Origin: Octopus sinensis
Lineage: Eukaryota
Assembly: GCF_006345805.1 (NCBI RefSeq)
Contig: NC_043001.1
Location: 69,564,001-69,628,000 of the forward strand
Length of the DNA stretch: 64,000 nucleotides
Direction of reading: 5' to 3'
The position numbers and the translations under genes are program-made. The notes beneath the pieces were generated by a model. It was not told where the DNA came from. It saw nothing but the letters and a program-made list of their open reading frames with translations, and did not search any database. Shown here piece by piece: positions 53,055 to 64,000 of the stretch. The first letter of the stretch is position 1. Every line of letters begins with the position of its first letter.

Positions 53055-53424
53055 ATGCAAGAAGCCAAATCTAATTTGCGGTCCAGGGGAGGCCATCGTA
53101 GGCCAAAACCCATTATTCAACCCAGAGATACCCACCTGAATGTTAGAGTTGACTCCCCGAGCCAGTACAAGAGCAGGAAAAAATATATTTGGTTTGTAAT
53201 TCCCTTTGGTAAACAAATAAGATCTAACCTACCGTTGCAGTTTCGCCAAGAAATTGCCAGAAATTTTCCCAGAAATTCGAGATATTACTCCACTGTAAAT
53301 TCACACAAAGTTAGGATAGCCTTCTCCAATACTAAAAATCTTTCACAGATAATTTCCTCCCATAACAAGACCCTCTCACCCATGAGCGGAGACTCTGCTC
53401 CGTCTAATTCCAACATAACACGCA

Positions 53425-53469
<45 letters not shown>

Positions 53470-54134
53470 GAACTGGTACAGATATTAGCAACCTCCATAT
53501 CAACATTGGAGTTAGTAATAGTAATAAGGATAAGAGCAATGATCTCGTCATTAACGTAAGTAATGGTAATAAGGATAAGAGCACTGATCTAGTCATTAAT
53601 GTAGGGAGTCCCAACAACAATATTAGCAGCGGTTTTAAAAGCAGTAGTATTACGGACATTATCAATCACAGCATTCACAGTAACAGGGAATATGCAGGTG
53701 ATTTTGCCTTAAATAGTAATGATAATGGGGTGAATAATATCGAATCCAGCGGTAGTTTTAACAATCATCATAGTAATAAGAACGCTGTATTACTATCGGA
53801 AACCAATCCCAATAGAATAAGGTTCTTATCTAGTAACTCCAAGATTGGAAACGCCATTTACCAGTGCAGAGTTTATACTGATTCAGATGTCTACATGTAT
53901 ATCGGAGCCTCATCATCGAAATTGGCTGTTAGAATATCGAATCATTTTTCCACGTTTCGTGATGAGGAAAAACAAAATGCTACGGGTCTAAGTAAATTAG
54001 TCTGGCGTTTGAAGAACGCGAATTCAACTTTTAGACTGGAATGGTCAATTTTATCGGTGTCTTTACCGTTTGATAAGGGCAAAAATATATGTACACTTTG
54101 TAACTCGGAACTCTTTCATATTCTGTTCGCCTGA
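53055..54134 (+). CDS. Penelope-like element C-terminal region with GIY-YIG endonuclease and Asn-rich linker
   Basis: KKYIWF..P...FPRN....VN..KVRIAFS..NLSQIISSHNK; AIYQC...YIGAS..AVRISNH.STF....NATGLSK.VW.LK...EWSI......CTLCNSE; frame continues past TGA 54132 as LVNS...CPH. Confidence 0.85.
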
Positions 54135-54801
54135 GGGCACCTTGTTAACTCGATTGTGCAAAATTCTTTCAGATGTCCACACTGGAAACAACATACATTT
54201 CTCTCATACAAATGAAGTCTAATATAGTTAACCCCTTGATTTCCTAAGAAAATGGAAAAAAATTTTGAATTAAATTTGTAAGGGGATATCACTCCCCTGT
54301 TAGTGTAAGAACTGCTAGTTATCTAGAACTGCTGTCAGGGATGTCACTGTATCCTGCCATGACCATTGTTGACACCCCCTCTCTATCAACTGGTTACAGA
54401 CGAACACACAGACACAGTCTTTTCTGTTGCTTGACTATTAATATCTGCTATATCCCTTTCCCTTGATGGCTTCTAAACACACTGCCACACATACATAGAC
54501 GCACACACACATACATGAAAACAATTTCTCACACTCAAACACTCTAGCCCTCATTCTTAAAACAATTCAAATATTAACACCAGTCATACAGAATACATTC
54601 ATACTCTTTGATTTTCCTGTACCCGCCTTCTGTTAACCGGATTTTGACCTTGAATTATCTCAACGGACTTTCTCGTCGGCTTTCACCCAGCCTGGCGACA
54701 ACGCATAGTGATAGACAGTTTGTGCCATTCATTCCATGGGCTCCTCGTGAGCGTTTGTCGAAAAGCTTGCTGTGCATTTTGTTGGAGAATTAAGTTCCTG
54801 G

Positions 54802-54887
54802 ATTTTCCTGAAGAGAAGGCTGCAAAATGGACTCCTTATTCAATCCGAGTTTGGGACTTTGCAGCCTTTGAAACATATGTAGAAAAT
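54802..54887 (+). ncRNA. Complete type I hammerhead ribozyme, canonical core; predicted cleavage after A54881
   Basis: Stem I AUUUUC/GAAAAU (6 bp), core CUGAAGA, stem II GAAGGCUGCAAA/UUUGCAGCCUUU (12 bp, G.U at the base), GAA, palindromic stem III ACAUAUGU, GUA triplet. Confidence 0.88.
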
Positions 54888-55627
54888 AATAAAAAGGAAT
54901 TTTGTTAAATCTTCGTTCAGCTCCATTTCTTCCTACACTAAATATATAAAACTTCAAATTTCCGCACTAAGGCACGGTTTTTAGGCCCCATGGTCGTAAC
55001 CTCAACCGTGCTTTTCTGTTGTGATTTTTGCTACCCAGGTATCGGTTATCATTTGAATAATCCGTAATAAGATAATTCATTTATCTACTTCAATAATTAT
55101 ATATATATATATAATGTGTGTGTGTGAGAGAGAGAGGGAGAGAGAGAGAGGCAGGTGAACTGATCGATAGGAGAAAAACTAAGAGAGAGAGAGAGAAAGA
55201 GAGAACATACAGACAAATAGGGAAAGAGGGAGAGAGAGCTTGTCATTGATATACAACGGTCTACTACAGTGGACAACCATCAGTTTGGTATATGCAAGAA
55301 TATACTGGCATAAAGTTTACCAGTGTGGAATTGAAACTCAAAGCACTTGGAGTAAAATTGAACTACTTGACCACAAAAATTATGAGCCTTCATATACAGC
55401 CATTGCCGATATACACATGCACACATTTTGTTATGTCATAAGGTGAACCTCTCTGTAGTTGTACAGTCAACGAGAAGCATCAGTCAAAGTCCCTTCATAT
55501 CAATACATAGGATTCATTCAATAACGTAGTCAAATTAACACACTATCAGACATACACGGGATGGGCATACATGAATTTTCTTTATTCGTTAACCTGCATC
55601 AGACGTATTTACCTCAGTAGTAATTAG

Positions 55628-55930
55628 TGTCCACTGAGGTGCGGCCATCTTTGAACCAGTTGTAACACTCTGTTATATATGTTTTTTTTACCTAGCATCA
55701 TCTCCAAAGGCCTTCTGAATCTTTTCGATAGTCTGGGCTTGCGTATCACCAAGCTTTTGGCAGAATTTGATACAGTATCTTTGCGCAATGTGCTCGGTCA
55801 TCGTGTCTCAAAAAGAAAAAAAATCGCACATCACACTCTTTACATCTGTACTCAACGCGTCACAGCAGGAGATTGGCGCGACCTGCAAACACAAAGATTT
55901 TTGCGCATGCTCAGGAAGTACGTGACCACT
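55628..55930 (-). mobile_element. mariner 5' fragment
   Basis: MTEHIAQRYCIKFCQKLGDTQAQTIEKIQKAFGDDA...YNWFKDGRTSVD. Confidence 0.8.
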
Positions 55931-56466
55931 TAATACTCATGCGGAATTTATTCACGCATTATTATTTTATGCAAAAACCTCAAGGTGGTATACTTTTTGA
56001 CTACACCTATATAAACACATACATGTTTACATATACACATATACAGTTACATATGTAAGTATATCTGTCTATTTATCTAAATCCATCTATATATATACAT
56101 ATATATATCTGTCTGTCTATTTTGGAAATGTAATCACACCTATTTAATATTCCATATATATATATATAATGACTTCCATTAACCGTACTTTATTCTGAAA
56201 TTCGTTTTACGCTCGAGAATATAGTAGAAAGCAAGCGGAGTATACCGTATAGGATAATTTTGCTGAAGATACGAAACCCTGTGATGAGAAGGAAACTTCT
56301 AATAACACAATTAAGCTGAGGTCACATTTTTCTCGATTTAAAATTTATATTGACCATTGTCAAAAATAGATATGCGGGCGAGAATAAGCAGCACTCAGAA
56401 AGGTGAAAGTTTCTAGTAACCTCTCTGTGCATAACTGAAACATCTTATAAACTCAATATATATATG

Positions 56467-56497
<31 letters not shown>

Positions 56498-57168
56498 CAA
56501 GTTTTACATAGCCATACGCTATTTCACCATACATTAACTGTATACGCAATTGCATTACATTGTTTCGGTATTTTGGAAGTTAAACATAGAAACAGATATT
56601 TTTAGAATTAATTGGTTACCTGTCAAAAGGCGTACTATGTCAACATTTTCAGTAGATGTATAGTGCCATCATCAACATTATTTATTACTTTAACCCAGAG
56701 ATAGGAATATTAAATAGGCGTGATTACATTTCCAAAATAGATACAGCAAGTTCATGCAATGTTAAATGCGCTCTGTCATAATGTCATAATTAACAGGCCA
56801 TTTTTGAAAGATGTGTGACGCCAATACTATGTTCATGTTTTTTTCTCTCTCTCTCTAACAACACATAGACAAATGCACATCTACGTGTGCATATGTATAT
56901 GCATGTGTGCGCCTGTGTGCATGTACATATAATATATATTCAAATTTCATGCTAAAACATTCTATACGCCAACATATATATGCTGACATAGACACATGTA
57001 AACACTCTCATATAAACGGGCATATATGTAAACTATATATATATATATATTGTTATATTTCGGAATGGTCATATTGCCAGTTTGGCCAATAAAAACACAC
57101 GCACTATATATTTGGTGTTATTTTGCTTCAGTGATATTTATTTTTTACATTAATCTTAATCTTATTTC

Positions 57169-57213
57169 GGCCAGAGTTCTTTCGTCACACTCCTGTGACC
57201 GCATCCGTGGTCC
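57169..57213 (-). ncRNA. Hammerhead-like motif in inverted pLTR (U4G, A9C)
   Basis: GGACCA-CGGAUGC-G-GUCAC aggagu GUGAC-GAAAG aa CUC-UGGCC. Confidence 0.55.
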
Positions 57214-57420
57214 TTTGTTTTCTTCTTTCGTATTTGTGTCTCTCCTTACTAACCGTCAGCCATTTTGTATCTCTATTGTATGTCTTCATTTGCGCATGCT
57301 TATATCTCTATGTGCGTCTATGTTTATTTAGTGTGTGTGGAGGGATAGAAAGGACCAAAAAAGAAAAAGAAAATAGGGAAGGCCAACACTTGGTATGATA
57401 GCCATAAATACCAGAGTGTC

Positions 57421-57954
57421 ATGTTCGTTGACACCTCCCCTGGAGGTGAACTGGCGCACCGCTTTAGAAGGACCCTAGATAAACTTAAACTAAGAATTAA
57501 GGTTGTTGAAAAGCCAGGCAACCCTATCAAATCTATAATTGGTAGAACCTATCCTTTTAGTAGAACCCCCTGTACGGATAACTATTGCACTGTATGTAGA
57601 TTTAGCCCACAAACAAACTGTAAAGCCAGAAATGTAGTCTATAGTATAAGATGTATAGAGGGACGATGCAGTAACAAGACAATAACATACGTAGAGGAAA
57701 CGGCAAGAAGCATAGGAGAGCGGGTGAATGAACATTGGAGACAACTCAAGGAAGGTAAAAGCTCATCGATTCTGTACCAACACGCCGAACAGGAACACGG
57801 GGGACCAATCAATAACATAGAGATGAAGATATTGTCCACACACAGAGCAGATGCAACAATTAGACAAATTACAGAGGCTACACATATAATAGAAAATAAA
57901 CCTAGCCTGAATAGAAAACTAGAATGGAGCAATAGCACGCACCACAACATATGA
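57421..57954 (+). CDS. PLE zinc-knuckle linker + GIY-YIG endonuclease (C-terminal fragment)
   Basis: PCTDNYCTVC...NCKARNVVYSIRC...YVEETARSIGERVNEH...SILYQH...RQITEA.HI...LNRKLEW (YIG glycine mutated to E). Confidence 0.88.
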   Translation: MFVDTSPGGELAHRFRRTLDKLKLRIKVVEKPGNPIKSIIGRTYPFSRTPCTDNYCTVCRFSPQTNCKARNVVYSIRCIEGRCSNKTITYVEETARSIGERVNEHWRQLKEGKSSSILYQHAEQEHGGPINNIEMKILSTHRADATIRQITEATHIIENKPSLNRKLEWSNSTHHNI

Positions 57955-58072
57955 CGATGGAGGATCCCAAAAACAGAATAAATACACAGATAAATAAACA
58001 AATAGAAATGAATAACTATATATATGTATATGTATCTATGTATATATATATGTATGTGTATGTATATTTATG

Positions 58073-58127
<55 letters not shown>

Positions 58128-58585
58128 GTATATGTATCTATGTATATATGTATGTATATGTATGTATATATGTGTATACATGTATATATATATATGTATA
58201 TGTATATGTGTATATATATATGTGTATATATATTTTTTTTTTCGATTAGATTTTCTTTTTTTTCTTTTTTTTCGATTAGATTTATTTTTATTATTACTAA
58301 TATTGTTGTTATACATACATACAAGCATATGTAATGATAATATTGGGTGGATGTAAACACATGAACAAAATTAGAACAAAATCAACAACAACAAAAACAA
58401 AATACAAATTACATGAATGTATATAAACAGAAGATACAAATATTACAGGCATCCCCCCACACACACACTAAATAAACATAGACGCACATAGAGATATAAG
58501 CATGCGCAAATGAAGACATACAATAGAAATACAAAATGGCTGACGGTTAGTAAGGAGAGACACAAATACGAAAGAAGAAAACAAA

Positions 58586-58630
58586 GGACCGCTGATGCGG
58601 TCACAGGAGTGTGACGAAAGAACTCTGGCC
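58586..58630 (+). ncRNA. Hammerhead-like motif in sense pLTR (A9C)
   Basis: GGACCG-CUGAUGC-G-GUCAC aggagu GUGAC-GAAAG aa CUC-UGGCC. Confidence 0.65.
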
Positions 58631-58807
58631 GAAATAAGATTAAGATTAATGTAAAAAATAAATATCACTGAAGCAAAATAACACCAAATATATAGTGCGT
58701 GTGTTTTTATTGGCTAAACTGGCAAAATGACCATTCTGAAATATAACAATATCTGTTTCAACACACGACTTCACATAAAAAAATCTTGCACAACAAATAT
58801 TTAAACG

Positions 58808-58860
<53 letters not shown>

Positions 58861-58920
58861 TGTGTGTGTGTGTATGTATAGGTACGTATATGTATGAATA
58901 TATATATATATATTTATAGG

Positions 58921-58988
<68 letters not shown>

Positions 58989-59651
58989 TACGTAATTAGA
59001 TAGATAGATAGATATACAAGCATAGACACGGTGAATGAGAAAGCAAGACTTGGTAATATCACTTGAAAGCATTTAAGTTATAACTTATAATGCGATGTCG
59101 TTTTGTAATAAAGTCTCTTATAGCCGTTTCTAGACTATATAAGTATCTGGATCTAATATTACAGAATGAAATTTTCCATGTCAGCCAGGTACTTCATCAT
59201 CCGTCATTCCGTCAGAGAGAAACAATGAATCGCCTTAATCCAGAATATTATTAGTAAACGGATCTTTGCGGAATTAAGGAGTATCCAAATTAAAAGCCGT
59301 TATGGTCGGTAGATCCACTACCAAAAGTAAAAGAGATCTCTAGTAAAAACATTCTCAGCAGATTTATTTGAAATATCATATGAAATGCATGTTAAAAGTT
59401 GATAAAAGCGGATAGTTCTACAGTTGAGAATAATGTGAAATGGTTATGAGTGGAAGACATTCAGGCAGAATATAATATTCTAGGAAAAGCAATAGGAGAC
59501 TGTTTAATATATATCTTATATCTACCTGTTCAATAACAAACGACTTCTAGGCATCTTTAATAGGCCGCTTCAAAACTGCTTTTTTCTGGTAAGCCAAAGT
59601 GAGCACTTACAGTACTTCACGTCAACAAACGTAAACTCTTCATATATATAT

Positions 59652-59733
<82 letters not shown>

Positions 59734-59994
59734 GCTGGTGCTGGAGATGTAAACAAGGCAGCCAGTGCTGTATTGTTTACACCTCCGCAAAGTAGCATTT
59801 CAGTCGAAGAGTACAATAGAATAAATATTAGGCCTGTAGTTAAGTTTCTGGTTACTGAACTCATTCTACGAGGTTTAAGTATAATGACAATGCAATGGAT
59901 AAAACAAGTAGAAGAATTATAAAAGGATTCTGTTTTTTGTACGTGTGTGTAGGTGTGTATTATTTATTGTACATATACGTAGATATATTGTTTG

Positions 59995-60517
<523 letters not shown>

Positions 60518-60599
60518 TATTGTTAAATTTTATATAGATGCATGCAAAAATAAATGTGTACATTAAATATATATACATAAATATACGTGTGTGTGTATT

Positions 60600-60808
60600 C
60601 GAAACGCGGAGTAGATGAAACAGGGACAACTGATGAAGGGGAATATTCTTTATGTTCCATGTTTCGTTTCTCTGCTTGTTTTCCGTTGTTCGAAAAAGAA
60701 GTTCGTTTTCTATGTTTGTATTTTTATGTTTTCGTTTCTTATTTTGTTCAACGCTTTTTTATGTCCTGTACCCATATATACATGTAAATATACATATATA
60801 TGTAGGTA

Positions 60809-60845
<37 letters not shown>

Positions 60846-61510
60846 AAATGCATATATTTATATATATTATTTATATTATTATATGATCGAACGCATCCTT
60901 TTCCAAGTTTTATCTTAATTATGATGCGCTATCTCTTCTTTCTCTCTCTCTCCCTCTCTTGTTCATCCTTTCTGGTTTTCTCTCCCACCCTTCCCTATTC
61001 TTCTCCTCTCCTCTTCACTGTTCCATCTCTCTCACTCTTCCTCCTTGACTCTCTCGTCCTCACACGTAAGGAAAGGGAATCTATCTTTCTGTCCATTTCC
61101 TTCCTGAAGACAAGACGCGTTTATACCTGTCTCCTATCATAGCTTGTCCTCCTAGCAATCGTTTTAATTTTTCTATCGTCTTGATTTAACAGCCCTCACC
61201 TTTTGTTTTTACTGTCTTGTTCTCACTGTCCTATTCTTGTTACCCCTGTCACTGCCCGCAAAAAATCCCAAACTATTTAATTTGCTTTGCGTGAAGTATA
61301 GTTTCAACTAAGTCACGTATTGTCCTTGCCTTCGAAGGCGGAGTAGATGAAGCAGGGACAACTGATTAAAAGAATATTCTTTATGTAGTATGTCTTGTTT
61401 CTCTGTTTGTTTTTTGCTGTTCGAAAAAGTTCGTTTTCTATGTTTTTGTTTTTATGATTTCGTTCCTCATTCTATTCAACGTTTTTTTTTATGTCCTGTA
61501 CACATGTATG
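60600..61510 (+). repeat. Two direct copies of repeat family Y (about 60600-60790 and 61333-61510)
   Basis: CGGAGTAGATGAA.CAGGGACAACTGAT..A..GAATATTCTTTATGT...TTCGAAAAA.GTTCGTTTTCTATGTTT...ATGTCCTGTAC shared. Confidence 0.82.
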
Positions 61511-61658
61511 CATGTATATATACATATATATGTAGCTAAGTACATATATGCATGTATTGTATATATATATACAATATATATATATATATATATACAATAT
61601 ATATATATATATACAAACGATTGTACCGAGATTTTAATCCATTCTTGTTGCTTTTTTC

Positions 61659-61706
<48 letters not shown>

Positions 61707-62886
61707 GTTTTATTCAATTTTACCGAATATCATAGTCATTCGTGTGGTATTACAAGTTTTATTTTCGGAAAACGCACGTGCCCTCTGGATTAAGTATTGA
61801 CGGGAAAAGAGACTTGAAATTAAAACTGGTGAATGCAGAGAAAGTAAACGAGTGTAAAAGAGAGAAGCAAGTGAAATAATTAGCCGTAGTTAATTACATA
61901 CGAAATCGTATCGGGTAAAATATAAATATGAATCAATCGAGTAACTTGGTATATATAATCAATCTAGTGCGCTTTCTCCCAAAATAATCAACTAGTATTT
62001 CATTGATGATCAACTTTGTTCAGCTGAAGGTGAATAAATATTGGCAATCTATTTATCTGTAAATGTTATATAGAAAAATACATAATATGCTGGTATTAAT
62101 ATATTCCATGATACCCATTTCACGCACATCTCCGTTGAAGAATATAGATAAATATATATACGGATACACATACAGATACACACGCAGAAGAAGTTAGTAT
62201 TTATATTAGATACAGCTTTGAAGCCATTTTGAAGGTCGACTTCTATCTAGAATTGTCTATGGTGTTCTGGTATATTTTATTTGTATTTGTCGACTCCTTT
62301 TGAAAGTAATATGAAAGTGTAGAGATACTGAACAGTCAGATATTGTATTTTCTTACTTCATCCCTAAGTCTTGGATTATCAACACCTGCAAATAAGAATA
62401 TTTAATAAAAGACAAGGTTTTGAACCACGTATAATGATGATGAGATGACCGGGAAATATCTTGTTTATTAAACAATTTTCTTTTTAGTGGAATTCTAAAA
62501 TAAATAATTGTAGAATAGTAGTTGCTGCAGGTGGTAGTGTTCGCGGTTGATGTAGGTAACGTAGGTAAAGTCGTAAATTGCTATATTCTTATTTCGCATC
62601 CTGATGCCACCATCATCGTCGTCATTGTCATGATTGTCGTCGTCATCGTCACTGTCATCTTCCGCAGCTGTATCTACGACATAAAAGAAAGCCACTGAAA
62701 TTATGTACAGTAATTTTTTCTCTTTCACATACAGAAGTAAAACAATTATCCAAATACTAGAACTCACAACCAAAATATCTACTGATTACTGAAGTAATTT
62801 AGACTGACGAATTATTTGCATATAAATTAACAGAATGAGATAAAAATCCAAGGCTGTGAAAGATTTCGAACATTTATAAAGAGAAG

Positions 62887-63140
62887 GTCTTACAGCTGTT
62901 GGCTAATCATTTTCTCACACCGTCTCCGATGAAGGGATATATAAAATATCCCGGAAATTAATTCTTGAGAACAATTCTTTAGTGGTGGATTTCCTTCGTG
63001 GATTTATATCTAGCGTTAGAGTGACCACATGTGGACTCTCTCTCATTACTTGTATTAATAATTTTTACTGTATCCCAGTCTTTATACGCTAGGCCACTTG
63101 GTGTTTTAAATTGATGTTATTAATTAATATTCAATTTTTT
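62887..63140 (+). mobile_element. Family X-related pLTR with split hammerhead; partial second copy at 63482-63580
   Basis: TTCTTGAGAACAATT and GCTAGGCCACT blocks shared with 20.3-20.7 kb; about 100-bp direct repeat 62957-63055 / 63482-63580. Confidence 0.65.
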
Positions 63141-63576
63141 TCACCCTTATCATGATTTTAATTATAAATTAATATGTTCTCAAACCGGCAGTAAATTACT
63201 GGGGTAGTATTTACATCCGCGTTTTTTTAACTCGTAAGAATGAGGATATTTGAACATAACTGCAGATATAATCGGCTGCGCCATTCGCTTTTCTTCGACT
63301 AAGTGTGGATGTTGGCGTTTGACTCAGCAAATTATTATTTTTTTCATATACTCTACTGACGATCCCAAAATGATTATGTAAGTAAAATTACACAATCTAT
63401 TAACGGTGAAACAATTGTATAGAGTTAATCTATTTTTTCGTTAATTTTCATTTGTCCTGCTCGCTTACATTCTTGGCGCGTTGAATTAATTCTTGAGAAC
63501 AATTCTTTAGTGGTGGATTCCCCTCGTGGATCTATATCCAGCGTTAGAGTGACCGCATGTGGACTCTCTCCCATTA

Positions 63577-63673
<97 letters not shown>

Positions 63674-64000
63674 CAATAATTAAGGGTTTAACAAGTTGCT
63701 TCACACCACATACCGAAAATGTGGTGAAGCAACGTGTTGCTAACCCCTTAATCATTGTTATAATTATATAAAAACAAACAAAAAACTTCTTGTATAAGTT
63801 TTTACTGAATATGGTTCTTTTCCATACCGAAAATATATGGTACATGTTTTTTATGATTTTATATATATATATATGCATGCTAATAAATGACCTACATTGG
63901 ACTCCTCATTCGCATAATCACCGAACATGGTGCTTAACTATAGTATGCCAATAGCACTTACTCACCATTACCTGACACCTTTGGATCTTCTTGACGCCAT

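Larger units (their letters stand above)
57047..58790 (+). mobile_element. 5'-truncated Penelope-like element with inverted 5' pLTR (57047-57346) and sense pLTR (58451-58790)
   Basis: About 300-bp inverted repeat with only a handful of mismatches; GIY-YIG ORF between the arms. Confidence 0.9.

Noticed and set aside
54132-54134. In-frame TGA in the PLE GIY-YIG domain as possible selenocysteine recoding
   Set aside because: It does not clearly align to a conserved Cys, I saw no convincing SECIS, and a simple nonsense mutation explains it

Overview
AT-rich animal (eukaryotic) genomic DNA saturated with (AT)n, (AAT)n, (CA)n and (ATAC)n microsatellites and transposon debris. I found no credible host protein-coding exon. 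The SINE types and microsatellite profile look like an octopus/cephalopod genome (inference from pattern recognition, not a database hit). Contents: (1) a head-to-tail array (1-6 kb) of 5'-truncated R4/Dong-clade non-LTR retrotransposons separated by (AAT)n; (2) remnants of several Penelope-like elements (PLEs; RT at 6.3-7.2 kb, GIY-YIG domains at 23.8, 53-54 and 57.4-58 kb); (3) CR1-like and RTE LINE fragments, tRNA-derived SINEs, several Tc1/mariner relics, a Chapaev3-like transposon and a foldback element. The most striking unexplained structure is RNA-level. About a dozen minimal type I hammerhead-ribozyme motifs from several unrelated sequence families occur here, several with palindromic stem III. 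One (54802-54887) is complete with a canonical core, and one family has a fixed non-canonical A6U core with stem II covariation. Many sit in outward-facing inverted pLTR pairs, including coding-free mini-foldbacks and one pair enclosing a gag-like CCHC ORF instead of RT/EN. All coordinates and folds were read by eye and need computational confirmation.
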